Shown in pieces: positions 9,902-24,900 of a DNA stretch of 64,000 nucleotides (its first letter is position 1; each line of letters begins with the position of its first letter). The stretch is from Octopus vulgaris. Its lineage: Eukaryota. The stretch covers positions 11,594,001-11,658,000 of the forward strand of contig OX597838.1 in assembly GCA_951406725.2 (NCBI GenBank), written 5' to 3'. The notes under the pieces are model-generated. The model saw nothing but the letters and a program-made list of their open reading frames with translations. It was not told the origin of the DNA and did not search any database. The translations under genes and the position numbers were made by a program.

Positions 9902-12900
9902 GGTAATTGTTCAGTTTGGTTAGATTAAAAGAGTAAATAAAAATTAAGGGGCAGATAAGTAGTAAATGAAGCTAAGGGACGAATCAGGAATCGTGGACCC
10001 TCATTCAATTAGGAAAAGCTAGAGACAGTATTCTTCCTGTTGTTCATCTGCCAGTCCCAGTTGAGTAGCACGTGCAGAAGTAAATGTATTTTCCAAGACT
10101 AGTCTAAGCTTGAGCAATATTGAGACAGAGATGATGTAGGCATACTGTTAGCTGAGAGATAGATAAACCAAGTTATTATGGTAGGTAGGGTATGCAATAG
10201 GATATGCGTAGCCGAAATTTGGTCTGCCGCTACGTTCTGAGTTCAAATTCCGCCGAGGTCGACTTTCCCTTTCATCCTTTCAGGGTCGATTAAATAAGCA
10301 CCAGTTACGCACTTGGGTCGATATAATCGACTTAATCTGTTTGTCCTTGTTTGTCCTCTCTGTGTTTAGCCCCTTGTGGGTAGTAAAGAAATAGGTATGC
10401 AATAGGATAATCAAATTGAGACTAATTATAGGCAACATAATTAGAGTATTGAGATGTTACTGTTTTAATCCCAGGTCAAACTTAATTTCATAGGCATCTG
10501 ATGAAAAGCCCTCCAGTCATGACCATTCTTTTTTTTTTTTTTCCTATGTGCACGGATTCCAGGACAGTATCATCCAGCATTGTTCTTTAAGGCTAATTTG
10601 GCTGCTATTTTTTGCAAGTCAAATGTCCACAGAGCCTTGTTGCTTGATTGAAATCATCCTCATCATTTAACATCCATTTTCCATGCTGTCGTGGTTTGAC
10701 AGAAGCTGGCTAGGCAGAAGACAGCACCAGGCTTCACTGCCTGTTTTGGAGGAATGGTTTTTACAGCTGGGGTCCCCTTCCTAACACCAGCCACCCCACA
10801 GTTGACTGGATGCTTTTTACATGGCACCAGCACTGGCAGGGTCACCAAGTAACTTGCAAGACAAAGAGCCTTTGAGATGTGGGGTCATGAGAGGATGTGG
10901 CCTTGTGCCAGGTGATGAGAGGTTAGAGTGTGACAGAGGTATAGAAACGGGTGTCTTGCTGTAGAGATTACCCAGTCAGAGGGAGAGAGAGAGAGAGGGG
11001 AAGAGTGCAAAAGTGAGTGGGAGAGAGATGGTAGCAAAGGGCCAAGGCATAACCTCAAGGTACAGGGATTAGAATATAAATGGGTTGGGAGAGTATTACT
11101 TAGGGTGCATGAATAGGGAGTGAGGACTTCACACGAATGCAAAGAGTGTGAGGGTGGGGAATGCAGTATCTAGTGAAACCAAAGTATATAGGGGAGATGG
11201 GGGGACAACAGTGAGTCGGGAAGTGGGGACAGGATTGGGGAACAAGAGATAAGCATGAACATAATGAATGAAAACGAATAACTTCGTTAATACAACAGTT
11301 ACTTGACCTAGAGATGGCAGCTAGTTCTCTCTCAAATCACAGCATACTGACTGAAATAAGGGAAGAATAGTCGTGGCTGCTTGATGAAGGCTGACCTAGG
11401 GTTAAATAATGATAACACCTTCAACACCACAATGAGGTGAGAGGAGAGCCTTCTGTGTGGTTGTTAAACTTTGTAGAAATATCAGCCTTTCTTGAATGAA
11501 GAGCACATGGAGAATGTAGTCCTAATTATATAAAAAGACAGGATAGTTATGGCTGGAACACCTTTGATCAAACGGTTCACTGCTAACCTTGTTGAGCAAC
11601 AAGGAAGAAGAGAAAATATGTAGTCTTAGATCCACTATATCTGAATAAAAGCTGTGATGGTCCCAGCTGGAATATTTTAAAATTAGAAATCTGGATCAGA
11701 ACTAACCTGAGGTGAAAAAACATTGTATCACTTTGTCTGAATAAAAGACGAAAAAAAGATGGTCATGATGAGAAGACCTTTGATCAGACTTCTGCAGCAC
11801 CTGGGCTGACCTGGGGTTAAGCAATACAGCTGCTGTTCTTCACTCCTGCTGCAGAGCGTCGACTGCGGGGTCACTCCGAAAAGCTCTATCTATGGCGATT
11901 TCATCTCAATCGAAGGAGAGGGGCTTTCTCCGTCCGGGTTGCGGATCCGTGGAATAAGCTGCCGGACGAGATCGTGAAGATGCCGACGACCGCTCGGTTC
12001 ATAGTCTCTCTTGACCAGAAATGGCCTGAACTCTTTGTATGACCACCCTCCCTCTACATAACTCCCTGTCCCCCTACATGGCCTTGCTTTTCGCTTTTTG
12101 AGCCAATAAAAATTTAATTGAATTGAATTGAGTAACAATATGGTTATATGCTTCACTTTTATTTTATTGCTATTTTTGCAAAATATGTTTCTGTCTTTCT
12201 AGGCTGCCTCTTTTCCTGTTTGATCAAGCATTATTCATCTCACCCAAAGACAGTTTCATCAAAACTACAGAAGAAGAAGCTTTTCCGTGAAATTTGCAAT
12301 CACAAAGAATTGGTGGCCTGTGAGATTATTAATCAGTTTTCTATTGATTTCTCTTCTACATCAAATGTTTTCACTGTTTATACACACCAGCTGATGTCAG
12401 AACATTTCATCTGTAGTAGTAGTAGTAGTATATACACTACATATCTTCACCACCACGTCAAATTATGTCACCTCTCATTTTCAACATACCTGTGCCACAC
12501 CTGTGTGTGTGTGTGTGTAGAAAATCATCATAGAAACTTGTGGCTTTCTTTAACACACATATCATACAACATGCATATACACACATGCATGCACACATAT
12601 TTATGTCTGTATTTGTGTTTGTCTCTTCCCCACTACTTGACCATTGGTGCTGGTTTGGTTACTGCCCCATAACCTAATGGTTTGGCATAAGTGACCAGTA
12701 GAATAAGTACCAAGTCAATTTGTTCAACTAAATCCTTCAAGACAGTGTCCAGCATAGCCACAGTCCAGCAACTGAAACAAATACAAATAGAAGGGTAAAA
12801 GATGTGTACATTCTATGGTGGATCTTCCTTTGGTTCTGACAATGAGCATTTGTTTTATCAGCAGTACTATTCTCTCTCTCTCTCTTTTACTTGTTTCAGT

Positions 12901-15900
12901 CATTTGACTGCGGCCATGCTGGAGCACCGCCTTTAATCGAGCAACTCGACCCCGGCACTTATTCTTTTGTAAGCCCAGTACTTATTCTATCGGTCTCTTT
13001 TTGCCGAACTGCTAAGTGATGGGGACGTAAACACACCAGCATCGGTTGTCAAGCAATGCTAGGGGGACAAACACAAACACACATACGCATATATATATAT
13101 ATACATATATACGACGGGCTTCTTTCAGTTTCCATCTACCAAATCCACTCACAAGGCTTTGGTCAGCCCGAGGCTATAGTAGAAGACACTTGCCCAAGGT
13201 GCCACGCAGTGGAACTGAACCCGGAACCATGTGGTTGGTTAGCAAGCTACTTACCACACAGCCACTCCTGTTTCATAACATTTTTTTAAAAATCGTTTTA
13301 ACACTGATGTTTAGTAATTGAGACAACATAAATGGTATTTATTTCTGTTCTGTCATTTTCTCTTTAAATATTGAATGTGTGTCTGATATTTTTTTTTTCA
13401 TTTTTTTTTATCGTTATTTCTTTCAGTGTTGAATGCTCGTCTAAGCCAGTTGCAGGGATCCAGTGATGAATTCCATGTCCTTCGACCGGCACATCACGAA
13501 GGCAGTTTTGAGGACCGTTTGCAAGAGCTTCGTTATTTTTACGATAGTGCACCAATCGGTTTTGAAAGATCAGTGAGTGAGTGTCCCCTTTCGGGCATTA
13601 CTCCTGATTTTATCAAAGAACTCGTGACAACACAGCAGAAACTGACAGAAATCAGCAGTGATGTGTGGCATCACGACTACAAATCATTCCACAATCAAAT
13701 GATGGCTGTCATTAAGAAATCAAAAGGGAAGAAGAAACAACCTGTTTCTTTAAAAACCACAAAACGAAACTTAAACTTAAAGGCATCACGGAAAGGAAAA
13801 AATGTTTCTGATAAATTACACAGACAAAAAGACCTGTACCAAACTGTTGTTCCCACATTGGTCTCTCCTCTTGGAGAATGGTCTGCCACTGAAGAAGATC
13901 TTGCCTCTGGAAAGTTTTCTACCTCAGAAGAAGTTTCTGTCCCAGGAGGGGATTTTGTCAATGACTTGAAAATTATGCATGATGGTCAATTTGTCAGTGA
14001 TGAAGAAGTCCTCCTATCTGAAAGGAGTCAGGCACATTTGTACAGTGACATAGACACAGAGGAGGTTAACAGTTTTACAGACACTTCAAACCAGATGGTT
14101 CCTGGTTCAGTAGATCCTAAATCCTGCTCTACGCCAGATGCTAATTTGGATTCACAAAAGGCTGTTACAACAGCAGCTGCTACTGTCAGTACTGCTAATA
14201 CCAAAGCCAAGACCAAATCTCGAAGCAAAAAGCCACTCATAAATCTAAAAAAAAGTCGAAACTTGGAGAGATGGCGGCAGAACCCGGTTGAGATGAACTT
14301 GATGTTCAATAATGACTTAGAGGCTTATGTCAATGCTTGTCTCTTCTCTGGAATGGTGAGGATTGTTTTGCTACTCTGTTACTTTTTTACCCACCAACAT
14401 CTATCAACACTTCTTTAGCTGGAACCTTTGTCGTTACTGTTTAGCTTGTCATCATCATCATCGTTTAACGTCCGTTTTCCGCGCTAGCACGGGTTGGACG
14501 GTTCGACCGGGGTCTAGGAAGCCAGGAGGCTGCACCAGGCTCCATTCTGATCTGGCAGTGTTTCTACAGCTGGATGCCCTTCCTAACGCTAACCACTCCG
14601 CAAGTGTAGTGGGTGCTTTTTACATGCCACCTGCACAGATAGCCATAAATTGCTATAAATAGCCATAAATTGCCTCAGATGGAGCAGACCTATGGTGAAA
14701 GGCATTATGGTCTTCACCATTTCCTTTTTTTTTTATACATGTAAGATCACATTGTCTAATGTTTCTTTCATTTTCCTTAAGATGGTAGGGTGAGATTTGA
14801 AGGAGATTTTGATCATTTCTAGCTGATGAAGTTACTTTACAGAGGCTTGATTGCTGAACCTTTTATCTTTTATCGTATTTCTATTACTTTTTTCATGTGG
14901 CCTCAATAATGCTGGTTGCACAAAAAAGGTGCCACCAGCAGAAATAGAACATGCTGGAAAGTGGTTGGCATTAGGAAAGGCATCCAGCCATAGGAACCCT
15001 GCCAAAGCAGACGTTAGTGCATGATGCAGTTCTTGGTCCCATTGAATCCTGTCAAACTATGTGTCCCATGCCAGCATGGAACAAAGATGTTAAGTGATGA
15101 TGATGATGAACAACAAACTATGAACCCTCTAAATCGCATACATGATTGCTGATTTAGAAGTTTTAATAGAGTTTGTTGGCATGGCTGTATTATATTTTCC
15201 CACCCTACTTCTCCTCTTCTTATTTTGATCCACTTCTCACCTTTATGTGTCAGGCCCTTCCAGTAAAACGGTTTCTTTGATCCTTTAGGTGAACAAAGCT
15301 TTGGCCATCATCAAGTTCTATAACTACCAACACAAGCACCGACCGGCTGAAGTTACACTGAAGATCATAAAACCAGAGATTTATAGCAACATCATGCATG
15401 CACTGGCTAAACAGGTGAGACAATATATATATATAGGAGAAGGCGGCGAGCTGGTAGAAACGTTAGCGCGCCGGGCGAAATGCTTAGCAGTATTTCGTCT
15501 GTCATTACGTTCTGAGTTCAAATTCCGCCGAGGTCGACTTTGCCTTTCATCCTTTCGGGGTCGATAAATTAAGTACCAGTTACGCACTGGGGGTCGATGT
15601 AATCGACTTAATCCGTTTGTCTGTCCTTGCTTGTCCCCTCTATGTTTAGCCTCTTGTGGATAGTAAAGAAATAGGTATTTCGTCTGCCGCTACGTTCTGA
15701 GTTCAAATTCCGCCGAGGTCAACTTTGCCTTTCATCCTTTCGGGGTCGATAAATTAAGTACCAGTTACGCACTGGGGGTCGATGTAATCGACTTAATCCG
15801 TTTGTCTGTCCTTGTTTGTCCCCTCTGTGTTTAGCCCCTTGTGGGTAGTAAAGAAATAAATATATATATATATATATATAGGAATGAAATGTTCTTCTGA

Positions 15901-18900
15901 GTGTTACAAATACATATATATCTGTGTGTGTGTGTGTGTGTATGTGTATTAATAGGGTGCATTCCAGAAGTTTTCAGACTTTTTCTGGAGAGATATTTAT
16001 CGATTTTTAAGTACAAAACTCTAATCTCCTTCAAAATATGATTCTCTCATTTCAATGCATTTCAATGCCAAGTTCTGATTTAGCTGGGTTAATAAGCCTA
16101 CATTTAAGATTGGATAGGAAGTTCTTTTTATGGTCTTTGATAGTTATAAAGGCTTCTTTTTTGGGGAGGACCTCTATTTTTTTTTTTTTTACCTAATTTA
16201 AGTCCGGCGGCAAAAACAGATATTGTAGTTTGTTGATGGTTGCAGTTTTTGTTTTGTTTTCTATAGTTTCTTTGCTTGTTTTTTTTTTTTTCAACTTTTA
16301 CAGGGAAATTTTGATTCCATCCAGGAGCTCTTTAAGATGATGAAGATCCATTTGAAACCAACCTTGCAGTGTTATGCTGCTTGTCTTGAATGCCTTGGCA
16401 GGAAAGATTCTCCAGATTTTCAGCTTGGTGAACATATTCTTCAGGATTTAAAGAGAGATGTAGGTAGCTTCACATCACTTGGTATCTAAACTAATACTAC
16501 TTGTTGACTACTAAAGGCAACTTGACAGCTACACTAAGGCTATCATTATCATCATTTAATGTCCATCTTCTATACTGGTATAGGTTGGATGGTTTGATTC
16601 AAGGCGGCGAGCTGGCAGAAACGTTAGCACGCCGGGCAAAATGCTCTGTGGTAGTTCGTCCGCCGCTGCGTTCTGAATTCAAATTCCGCCGAGGTCGACT
16701 TTGCCTTTCATCCTTTCGGGGTCGATTAAATAAGCACCAGTTACGCACTGGGGTCGATATACTCGACTTAATCCGTTTGTCTGTCCTTGTTTGACCTCTC
16801 TGTGTTTCGCCCCTTGTGGGCAGTAAAGAAATAGGTTTGATTGGAGCTGGCAAGCCAGAAGACTGCACCAAAGCTCCACTGTCTGTTTTGGCAAGGTTTT
16901 TACAGCTGGATGCCCTTCATAATGCCAACCCCATCGCAGAGTGGGCTGGGTGCTTTTTACATGGTACCAGCACTAGCAAGGTCTGTTTGGCATAGTTTTT
17001 ATGACTGGATGCCCTTTTTAATGCTGATCATGTTACAGAGTGGGCAAGGTCTGTTTTGGTATGGTTTTTATGGCTGGATGCCTTTCCTAATGCCAACCAC
17101 TTTACAGAGGGGGTTTGGTGCTTTTTATGTGGCTAAACTAAAGCCACCTACTGGCCAAACTATATAGATAATATGTCTAAAATAAAGACAAGACATAGAT
17201 AATGTAGTCCTAAGTAACTGCTTGAATATAAGACTGAATGCATTATATAATGTAGTTTTAAGTATACGATGTCTAAATAAAAGCCAGGCCACAGATGATG
17301 TAGTTGGAAATATACTGCGTCTGAGGGTGAACAACAGATATAGAACGTGTAAGGAAAGAAATATCCCAGGCCCTTACTGGGTTATTCATTGAGCAGGAAA
17401 AGATTCTGTTTACCTGTAGAGTACCAAGTGTAACTTAACTAGGCAGAACACCCTGTACTCTTGAATTATTGAACAAGTCCAAAACTCGGAACACAAGAAG
17501 TGGCAGTAAAATAACTGACTGAGAATTTAAACGATATTGCAGAATAGGTGGCGAACTGGCAGAAACGTTAGCACGCCGGGCGAAATGCGTAGCCGTATTT
17601 CGTCTGCCATTACATTCTGGGTTCAAATTCCGCCGAGGTCGACTTTGCCTTTCATCCTTTCGGGGTCGATAAATAAAGTACCAGTTACACACTGGGGTTG
17701 ATGTAATCGACTTAATCCCCTTGTCTGTCCTTGTTTGTCCCCTCTATGTTTAGCCCCTTGTGGGTAGTAAAAGAAATAGATATTGCAGAATAGGCTTAAT
17801 TGAACCATAATATTCTCTCACTGTCTTTCTCTCTTACTCCCCCCCTCTCTCTCTCTCTCTCATACTTTCTCTCTGTCTTTTTTGCCTCTCCCTCCTCCCT
17901 TTTTTCTCTCTGTCTCACATTTCTACCTTATGCTCTCCTACCACTCCCACTACTGGTGCTACTTTCCATTTTTCAGGGTTACTCTGCATCACAGATATTT
18001 GACAGTTGTACATTCAGGAGAGATGAAAGACAATATGTATTAAAGGTGAGACATATATATATGTGTGTGTGTGTATAAACATACATACTACATATTTATA
18101 TATATATATATATATATAATTATTAACAAGAAGAATGAAGTGAAAAATTTTTTACATGAATTTTGTACTTGTTTCATCTGAATTCATCATCATCATCATC
18201 ATTTAGCGTCCGCTTTCCATGCTAGCATGGGTTGAATGGTTCAACAGGTGTCTGGGAAGCCAGAAGGCTGCACCAGACCCAGTCTGATCTGGCAGTGTTT
18301 CTATGGCTGGATGCCCTTCCTAATCCCAACCACTCCATGAGTGTAGTGGGTGCTTTTTACGTGAATTTCATGAATATCGTTATACTAAAGTCAGTTGAAA
18401 AGTTTGTGTGCTGACCAAATACTCATGAAATGTGGCCAAATGAGGTTTATTGTTCAACATAGTCCCTCTTGTGATCCACACACTTCTTCCATCAGTGTTT
18501 CAGTACTTGGATCTCATTGGTGAAGAAACTTCCATCCTGTTGGTGAAAAAAGTCATCGTCAGCAGGTATGGCATTGTCATCACTGGGATACTGGCTCTCA
18601 ACTGAGTGTTTTTTCATGTTGGGGAACAGATGATAGTCAGATGGGGTGAAATCTGGGAGGCTGATCAACCAGTTCAAAGTCAAAGTCCCAAACAGTAGCT
18701 ATTGAAACCGAGGACTTATATTCTGGAGCATTGTCGTGACCCCTTTTGTAACTGCCTCAACAAGTTGGCATAGTACCCTCCATTGATATTGTGGTGGTTT
18801 TGAAGATAGACAATTAACACAATGCCCTTTGCATACCAGAAATCTGAGGCCATCACCTTTGCTGTATATGTAAAACCATGGCCTTCTTTGGAGTAGGTGA

Positions 18901-21900
18901 GGAAGGGTGTTTCTTTCAACAAGGAGGTTTTTCCCTCTTTCTCAAAGGCTGTCATTACTTTTGAGATAGTACTTCTTGCTACACCAAACATTTCAGCTAT
19001 TTTTGTTATGCTAGCGCTTGCCATACAAGCACCAACAATTTTACCTCTTTGAAAGTCTGATAGATCTGTCATTTTAATGAATTTCAATTACCTTTTTCTG
19101 ATGGTATCTGAAAATAAACAGCAATTTTAGCAAAACATATTAAGCAACACTAATAATAAATAAAAAAACATAGAAATAAACAAGCTTTTGACGATTTTAT
19201 AGATATGTAAAAATTATGGTATGATGTTAGGTGTTTCCATTATTTTGTCCAACCCCTGTATATATATATATGTGTATATGTGTGTGTATGTAATGTGTAA
19301 TAAATATATATTACAGGCTCTAAAACTGATCAGTCTTGATTATGAACCATCTAGCAAAGAAATCAATATGAAATATTCAAGAAATATACTTCAAGACTTG
19401 AATACTCCTCCACTCCTTGATACGGTAAGTCCTTTTTTGTAAATCATATCTGAATATGTGTGTTTTGAGTGTGTATGTGTGCACATACATGCACAGACCA
19501 TCTGTATGAATCTCTTTGTTTTCTATGAATGTCAGGTTTTCCTATAAAAAACAAGATTCATTTTTAATCACTTTGGTACATTTCCACCTGTTTTTTTTTT
19601 AATTGATTCGTGTGTGCATATTATGTATATGTGTGGAGGCACATGGCTTAGTTGTTGGGGTGTTGAACTCATGGTCATAAGATTGGGGTTTCAATTCCTG
19701 GACCGGGCAAAACGCTTCATTTCATGTTACTCCAATCTATACAGCTGGCAAGGATGAGTAATTCTGAGATGGACTGGTGTCCCATCCAGGGAGGAATGTA
19801 TATATATATATATATATATATGCCAGAGAAACTGGGAAACTGGCCCTGTGCCCTTTATGGACTAACCATTATGTATATGTGTTTATGAGGATATATATTA
19901 TATGTGTGGAGGTGCAATGGCCCAGCGGTTAGGGTAGCGGACTCGCGGTTGTAGGATCGCGGTTTCGATTCCCAGACCGGGCGTTGTGAGTGTTTATTGA
20001 GCGAAAACACCTAAAGCTCCACCAGGCTCCGGCAGGGGGTGGTGGCGATCCCTGCTGTACTCTTTTGCCACAACTTTCTCTCACTCTTCTGTTGGCCTGC
20101 TCGCTTAGCCAGCAGGGTGGCTTCATTTGAAGGTTAAAACAATACGAAGCGCATTGTGACCAGCGATATGTAGCAACATCTGATAGCCTGGTCGATCACG
20201 GTGATCACGGGGATATTATATGTATCATAGATATAGATGAATGTGTGTGTGTGTGTGTGTTTATGTCTCTTTGCCTTGGCATCACATGGTTGTTGTAAAT
20301 GAATATCACTCATTCCTAATATTCTATGAAAATATGTCTGGCCATGGGGAAATATTACTTTTGCTTAGAAACAGGCAAGAGTTGGTGAAAGGAAGGGCAT
20401 CAGAAAATCTGCCTAATAAACTTTATCTCACTCATGCTGCATGGAAATTGGATGTCAAAATAAAGCTGGTGATGTATATGCTAAAATAATGTGATGATGT
20501 ACGTGCCGGCTGCGGGGTCACTTCGAAAAGCTCTATCTGCGACGATTTCATCTCAATCGAAGGAGAGGGGCTTTCTCCGTCCGGGTTGCGGATCCGTGGA
20601 ATAAGCTGTCGGACGAGATAGTGAAGATGCCGACGACTGCTCGGTTCAAAGTCTCTCTTGACCAGAAATGGCCTGAACTCTTTGCATGAACACCCTCCCT
20701 GTACATAACTCCATGTCCACCCTACATGGCCTTGCTTTTTGCTTTTTGAGCCAAAAACTTAACTTAACTTATATATGCTGATATATGTCTCTCTGTTTCT
20801 TATATGAAGATGATTGAAAAGAATCCTTATCATGGAGTAGTGGATAACGACCATCTGAAGAAACAGTTATTGTTACAGCATAAGCGGGAATGTGATGACC
20901 ATGTGGTGCTAAAGTCTGTTATCACCCAAGAGAAAAGCCAATCTTCAACTGTAAGTATTCTACAAGAATTTGGTAAGCATAGGAAGAAGTGTTTATGGAG
21001 TTCAGAATGGAGCGGTACTGAAACAGTTGTACTAATATTAAACTTAGAAGTGCCAATCTCTAACTGTGGAAGGAACCTGTGGTAGAAGTAGAGCCAAGAA
21101 GACATGGGACGAGGTGGTGAAGCATGTTCTTTGAACTTTGTTCCTCACAGAGGCAATGACTAGTGACCGACACCTTTGGCGATATGCCATGCATGAAAGA
21201 TGTCTCAAGCCAAGTGAAATCATAGTCGTGGCCAATGCTGGTGTCATGTAATTGGCATGTAAAAAGCACCTTTCAAATATTGGGCCTCATGAAGGCAAAG
21301 GTGGCCAATGCTGATGGCATGTAAAATGCACCTTTCATGTGTTGGGCCTCCCAGAGGCAATGAGAAATGACTGAGACCATCAAGGCAAGTGAAATCTTAG
21401 TTATGGCACATAAAAGCACCCATTACACTCTCAGAGTGGTTGGCATCAGCAAGGGCATTCAGCCATAGAAACCATACCAAATCAGACAGGAGTCTGATGC
21501 AACCCCGCCCTCCAGCTTGCCAGCCCTGGTCAAACTGTCCAACCCATGCCAGCATAGACTACAGACATTAAATGAGGATGATGATGGTATGCTGATATCA
21601 TATTAGGGTGGCGAGCTGGCAGAATTGTTAGCATGCCAGGCGAAATGCTTAGCAGTATTTCATCTGCCGTTACGTTCTGAGTTCAAATTCCGCCAAGGTC
21701 GACTTTGCCTTTCATCCTTCGGGATCAATAAATTAAGTACCAGTTACGCACTGGGGTCGATGTAATCGACTTAATCCGTACCTGTCCTTGTTTGTCCCCT
21801 CTGTGTTTAGCCCCTTGTGGGTAGTAAAGAAATAGGTATGCTGATATCATATTTATCTTTGTCTTATACATACGCAAATACATACCAAGTCATTGTTTCA

Positions 21901-24900
21901 GTGATGTATGCCTCAATTTCCTGCTCCAATGGACTATATTTTAATTTGGCTTCATGTCTTCTCTGATCTAGCACATCTGTAGTCAGAGACGCTCCAACTG
22001 TGACCATCCCATATTTTATTCAGACATAGTAATTTGAATGAGTATAGTTGTTATGTAGCCCCTAGTCAGACCTAATCCAGCAGACCTATAGTCAAATACA
22101 TTCCAGGGTGCCAATTGTGCTAGTAGGGTGCCAATAGCACCATCCGAGCATGATCGTTGCCAGAGCAGCCAACTGGCTTCCGTACCCGTGGCACGTAAAA
22201 GGGCACCATTCGAGCGTGATCGTTACCAACGTCGCTTCACTGGCACGTGTAAAAAGATTCGAGCGAGGTCATTGCCAGTACCGCCTGATTGGCCCTCATG
22301 CCAGTGACACGTAAAAGCACCACCCATTACACTCATGGAGTGGTTGGCATTAGGAAGGGCATCCAGCTGTAGAAACTCTGCCAGATCAAGATTGGAGCCT
22401 GGTGCAGCCATCTGGTTTGCCAGCCCTCAGTCAAAATCGTCCAACCCATGCTAGCATGGAAAGCGGACGTTAAACAGTGATGATGACTATGTTATCTAAT
22501 GTATCCTTCTTGTTATTCAGACACTGTTGTCTAAAATACATTACTTTTATATTTCTTGTCTATTATTCAGAAACACTGTATCTAGGACTATCTTATGCTT
22601 TCTGTCCTTTGTTGAGACACAGTTCACCTAAGACTACATTATTTTATGTGTTTTGTCTTTTATTCATTTCAGTGCATTGAGAATGTCTTCTATTTTAGAG
22701 ACAGTAGTTTATGATTTGAAGAAGATTTGATAGGTGTGTCAAGCAGTCCCAGAGAAAATGCTGTCCCTCCTGTCAAACTTGCACACCCTTTACTGTATAT
22801 GTTGTTACCAATGTAAAACCTTATATCTCATTCTGTATTCAGAAACCGGTTCTTGAGAAGCTGTTAAGTAAATGGAAGGGAGATCTGGAAGCTGGCTTCA
22901 AAAGGAAGATTAATATCTATGAAAACAAGAAATGTGAGTATATTGTTCTAGTCATCATCATCATCATCAATCCAACACACTAACTCCAACTTTGGACTAT
23001 CCACATACAGACTGTGGAAGTAGCACAATTCAGTCCATTCTCATCAGGGGATGTTGTACTCTTGCACAACACTGAGTATCTTATTCTATTTTTTACTCCT
23101 GGTGTAAGACCATCTTATCTTATCCTTGTTTCAGTCATTTGACTGTGGCCATGCTGGAGCACCACCTTAAGTGGAGCAAATCAACCCCAGGACTTATTCT
23201 TTGTAAGCTTAGTACTTATTCTATCGGTCTCTTTTGCTAAACCACTTAGTTACGGGGATGTAAACACACCAATATCAGTTGTCAGGTAACGGTGGATACA
23301 CACACACACACATGACAGACTTCTTTCAGTTTCTATCCACCCAATCCACTCATAAGGCTTTGGTCGGCCCGAGGCTATAGTAGAAGACACTTGCCCAAGG
23401 TTCCACGCAGTGGGACTGAACCCGGAACCATGTGGTTGGTAAGCAAGCTACTTACCACACAGCCACTCCTGCATTTTCTGAGTATATTTGGAGATCAAGA
23501 AATTATAGAGAATTCCATTGCATGGGAAATTCTAGGTGCAACAGTTTTTAAAACCAATGAAGAAATGTTTCATTGGATTATTTCATGTTTCTAAATTTGT
23601 CGTTTCATTGTCTTTTTCTTTCTTTCTATTTCTTTTCTTTCCTCCAAAACTTTGGAAACACTTCAGATGAGAATTCTATGACCCTCTATCCTTACCTGAA
23701 ACTGTTCCCTGTCAAAGACTATGTGAACATCATGTTGAGAGTAAGTTATTAATTATTTTTTGTTGTTATTGTTGTTCCTGTTGTAAGGATTGGTTAACTG
23801 AAATTACTAGAGTTTTTGAAAAATACTGTCCAGGTTTCATTATTGCTCTTAACATTGAGTTCAAGTCCCACCAAGGTCAACTTCGCCTTTTATTTTTTCA
23901 GAGCTGATTGATAAAATAAAATACCAGTCAAGTACTGGGTTGATCTAATTGATTATACTAACTGATTATACTTCTCCCTCAAAAGTTGCCTGAATTAGAA
24001 ACCATCATTTCTGAGAGGAATGGATTGGCAGAATTGCTAGCATGTTGTAAAGATGATGTGCAATATTTGTTCCAGCTCTTACATTCTGAGTTCAAATCCT
24101 GCTGAGATCACCTTTAGTTTCTTTCAGTGTTGATTTAACTAACCCTTTCCTCTCACAAAAATTATTGACTTTGTGCCTAAATCAGAGCTCACTGCCTTAA
24201 TAATAATAATAATAATTAATAATAATAATTAATAATAATAATAATTAATAATAATAATAATAATTAATAATAATAATTAATAATAATAATAAATAATAAT
24301 AATAAATAATAATAATAATACTGAGTGAGAGAGCAGTGCTTGCTATCAAAGTGACACGGGTAAAATATTTGAAGCCCAGTACACCCATCTGATAAGGGTA
24401 CACCAAGCAGATGCAACACAACCATATGAGCATGACATGGTGATCTCATATGAAGATAAACAGCACATGACCTTGCAGGTGAGGCCCAGTTAGAATTTTC
24501 TTCAGGTTGAGTAGCCCATCCTGTTCAAAAGGTCTCTGAATAAGGCTTGTTTAAGGATGTTGAATGAAAAACCCATGTTTCTGGAGAAGAATTATTCAGT
24601 AATCTTAAAAATGTATAAATACTCTTTTAATTCACATCTCTCTTGCTTTTACAAAGATTTAGGCTGTGGAAATACTGAAATGTGAACCTAGTGATTATAG
24701 ATTTAAAAGCCCATAACTCCGAAACTACTTTGACTAGAAAGCTGAAAATTCAGATATACTATTTTTGCATTGCATTGAGTCAGCACACCAAGTTTGGTAA
24801 ACACTTGAGCAGATGTTACGAACCCTGCTAGAATTTTGCATGATTTGGGCCAGAAGTGGTGATCAGTTTCTTAAGTTGGGGGTGACATTTTATTTCAAAT

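Noticed and set aside
12148-12672. 174-aa ORF and the many other 60-130-aa ORFs in the track
   Set aside because: Only 12203-12319 is exonic. The remaining ORFs are translations of SINEs, microsatellites or antisense frames and recur with each repeat copy.
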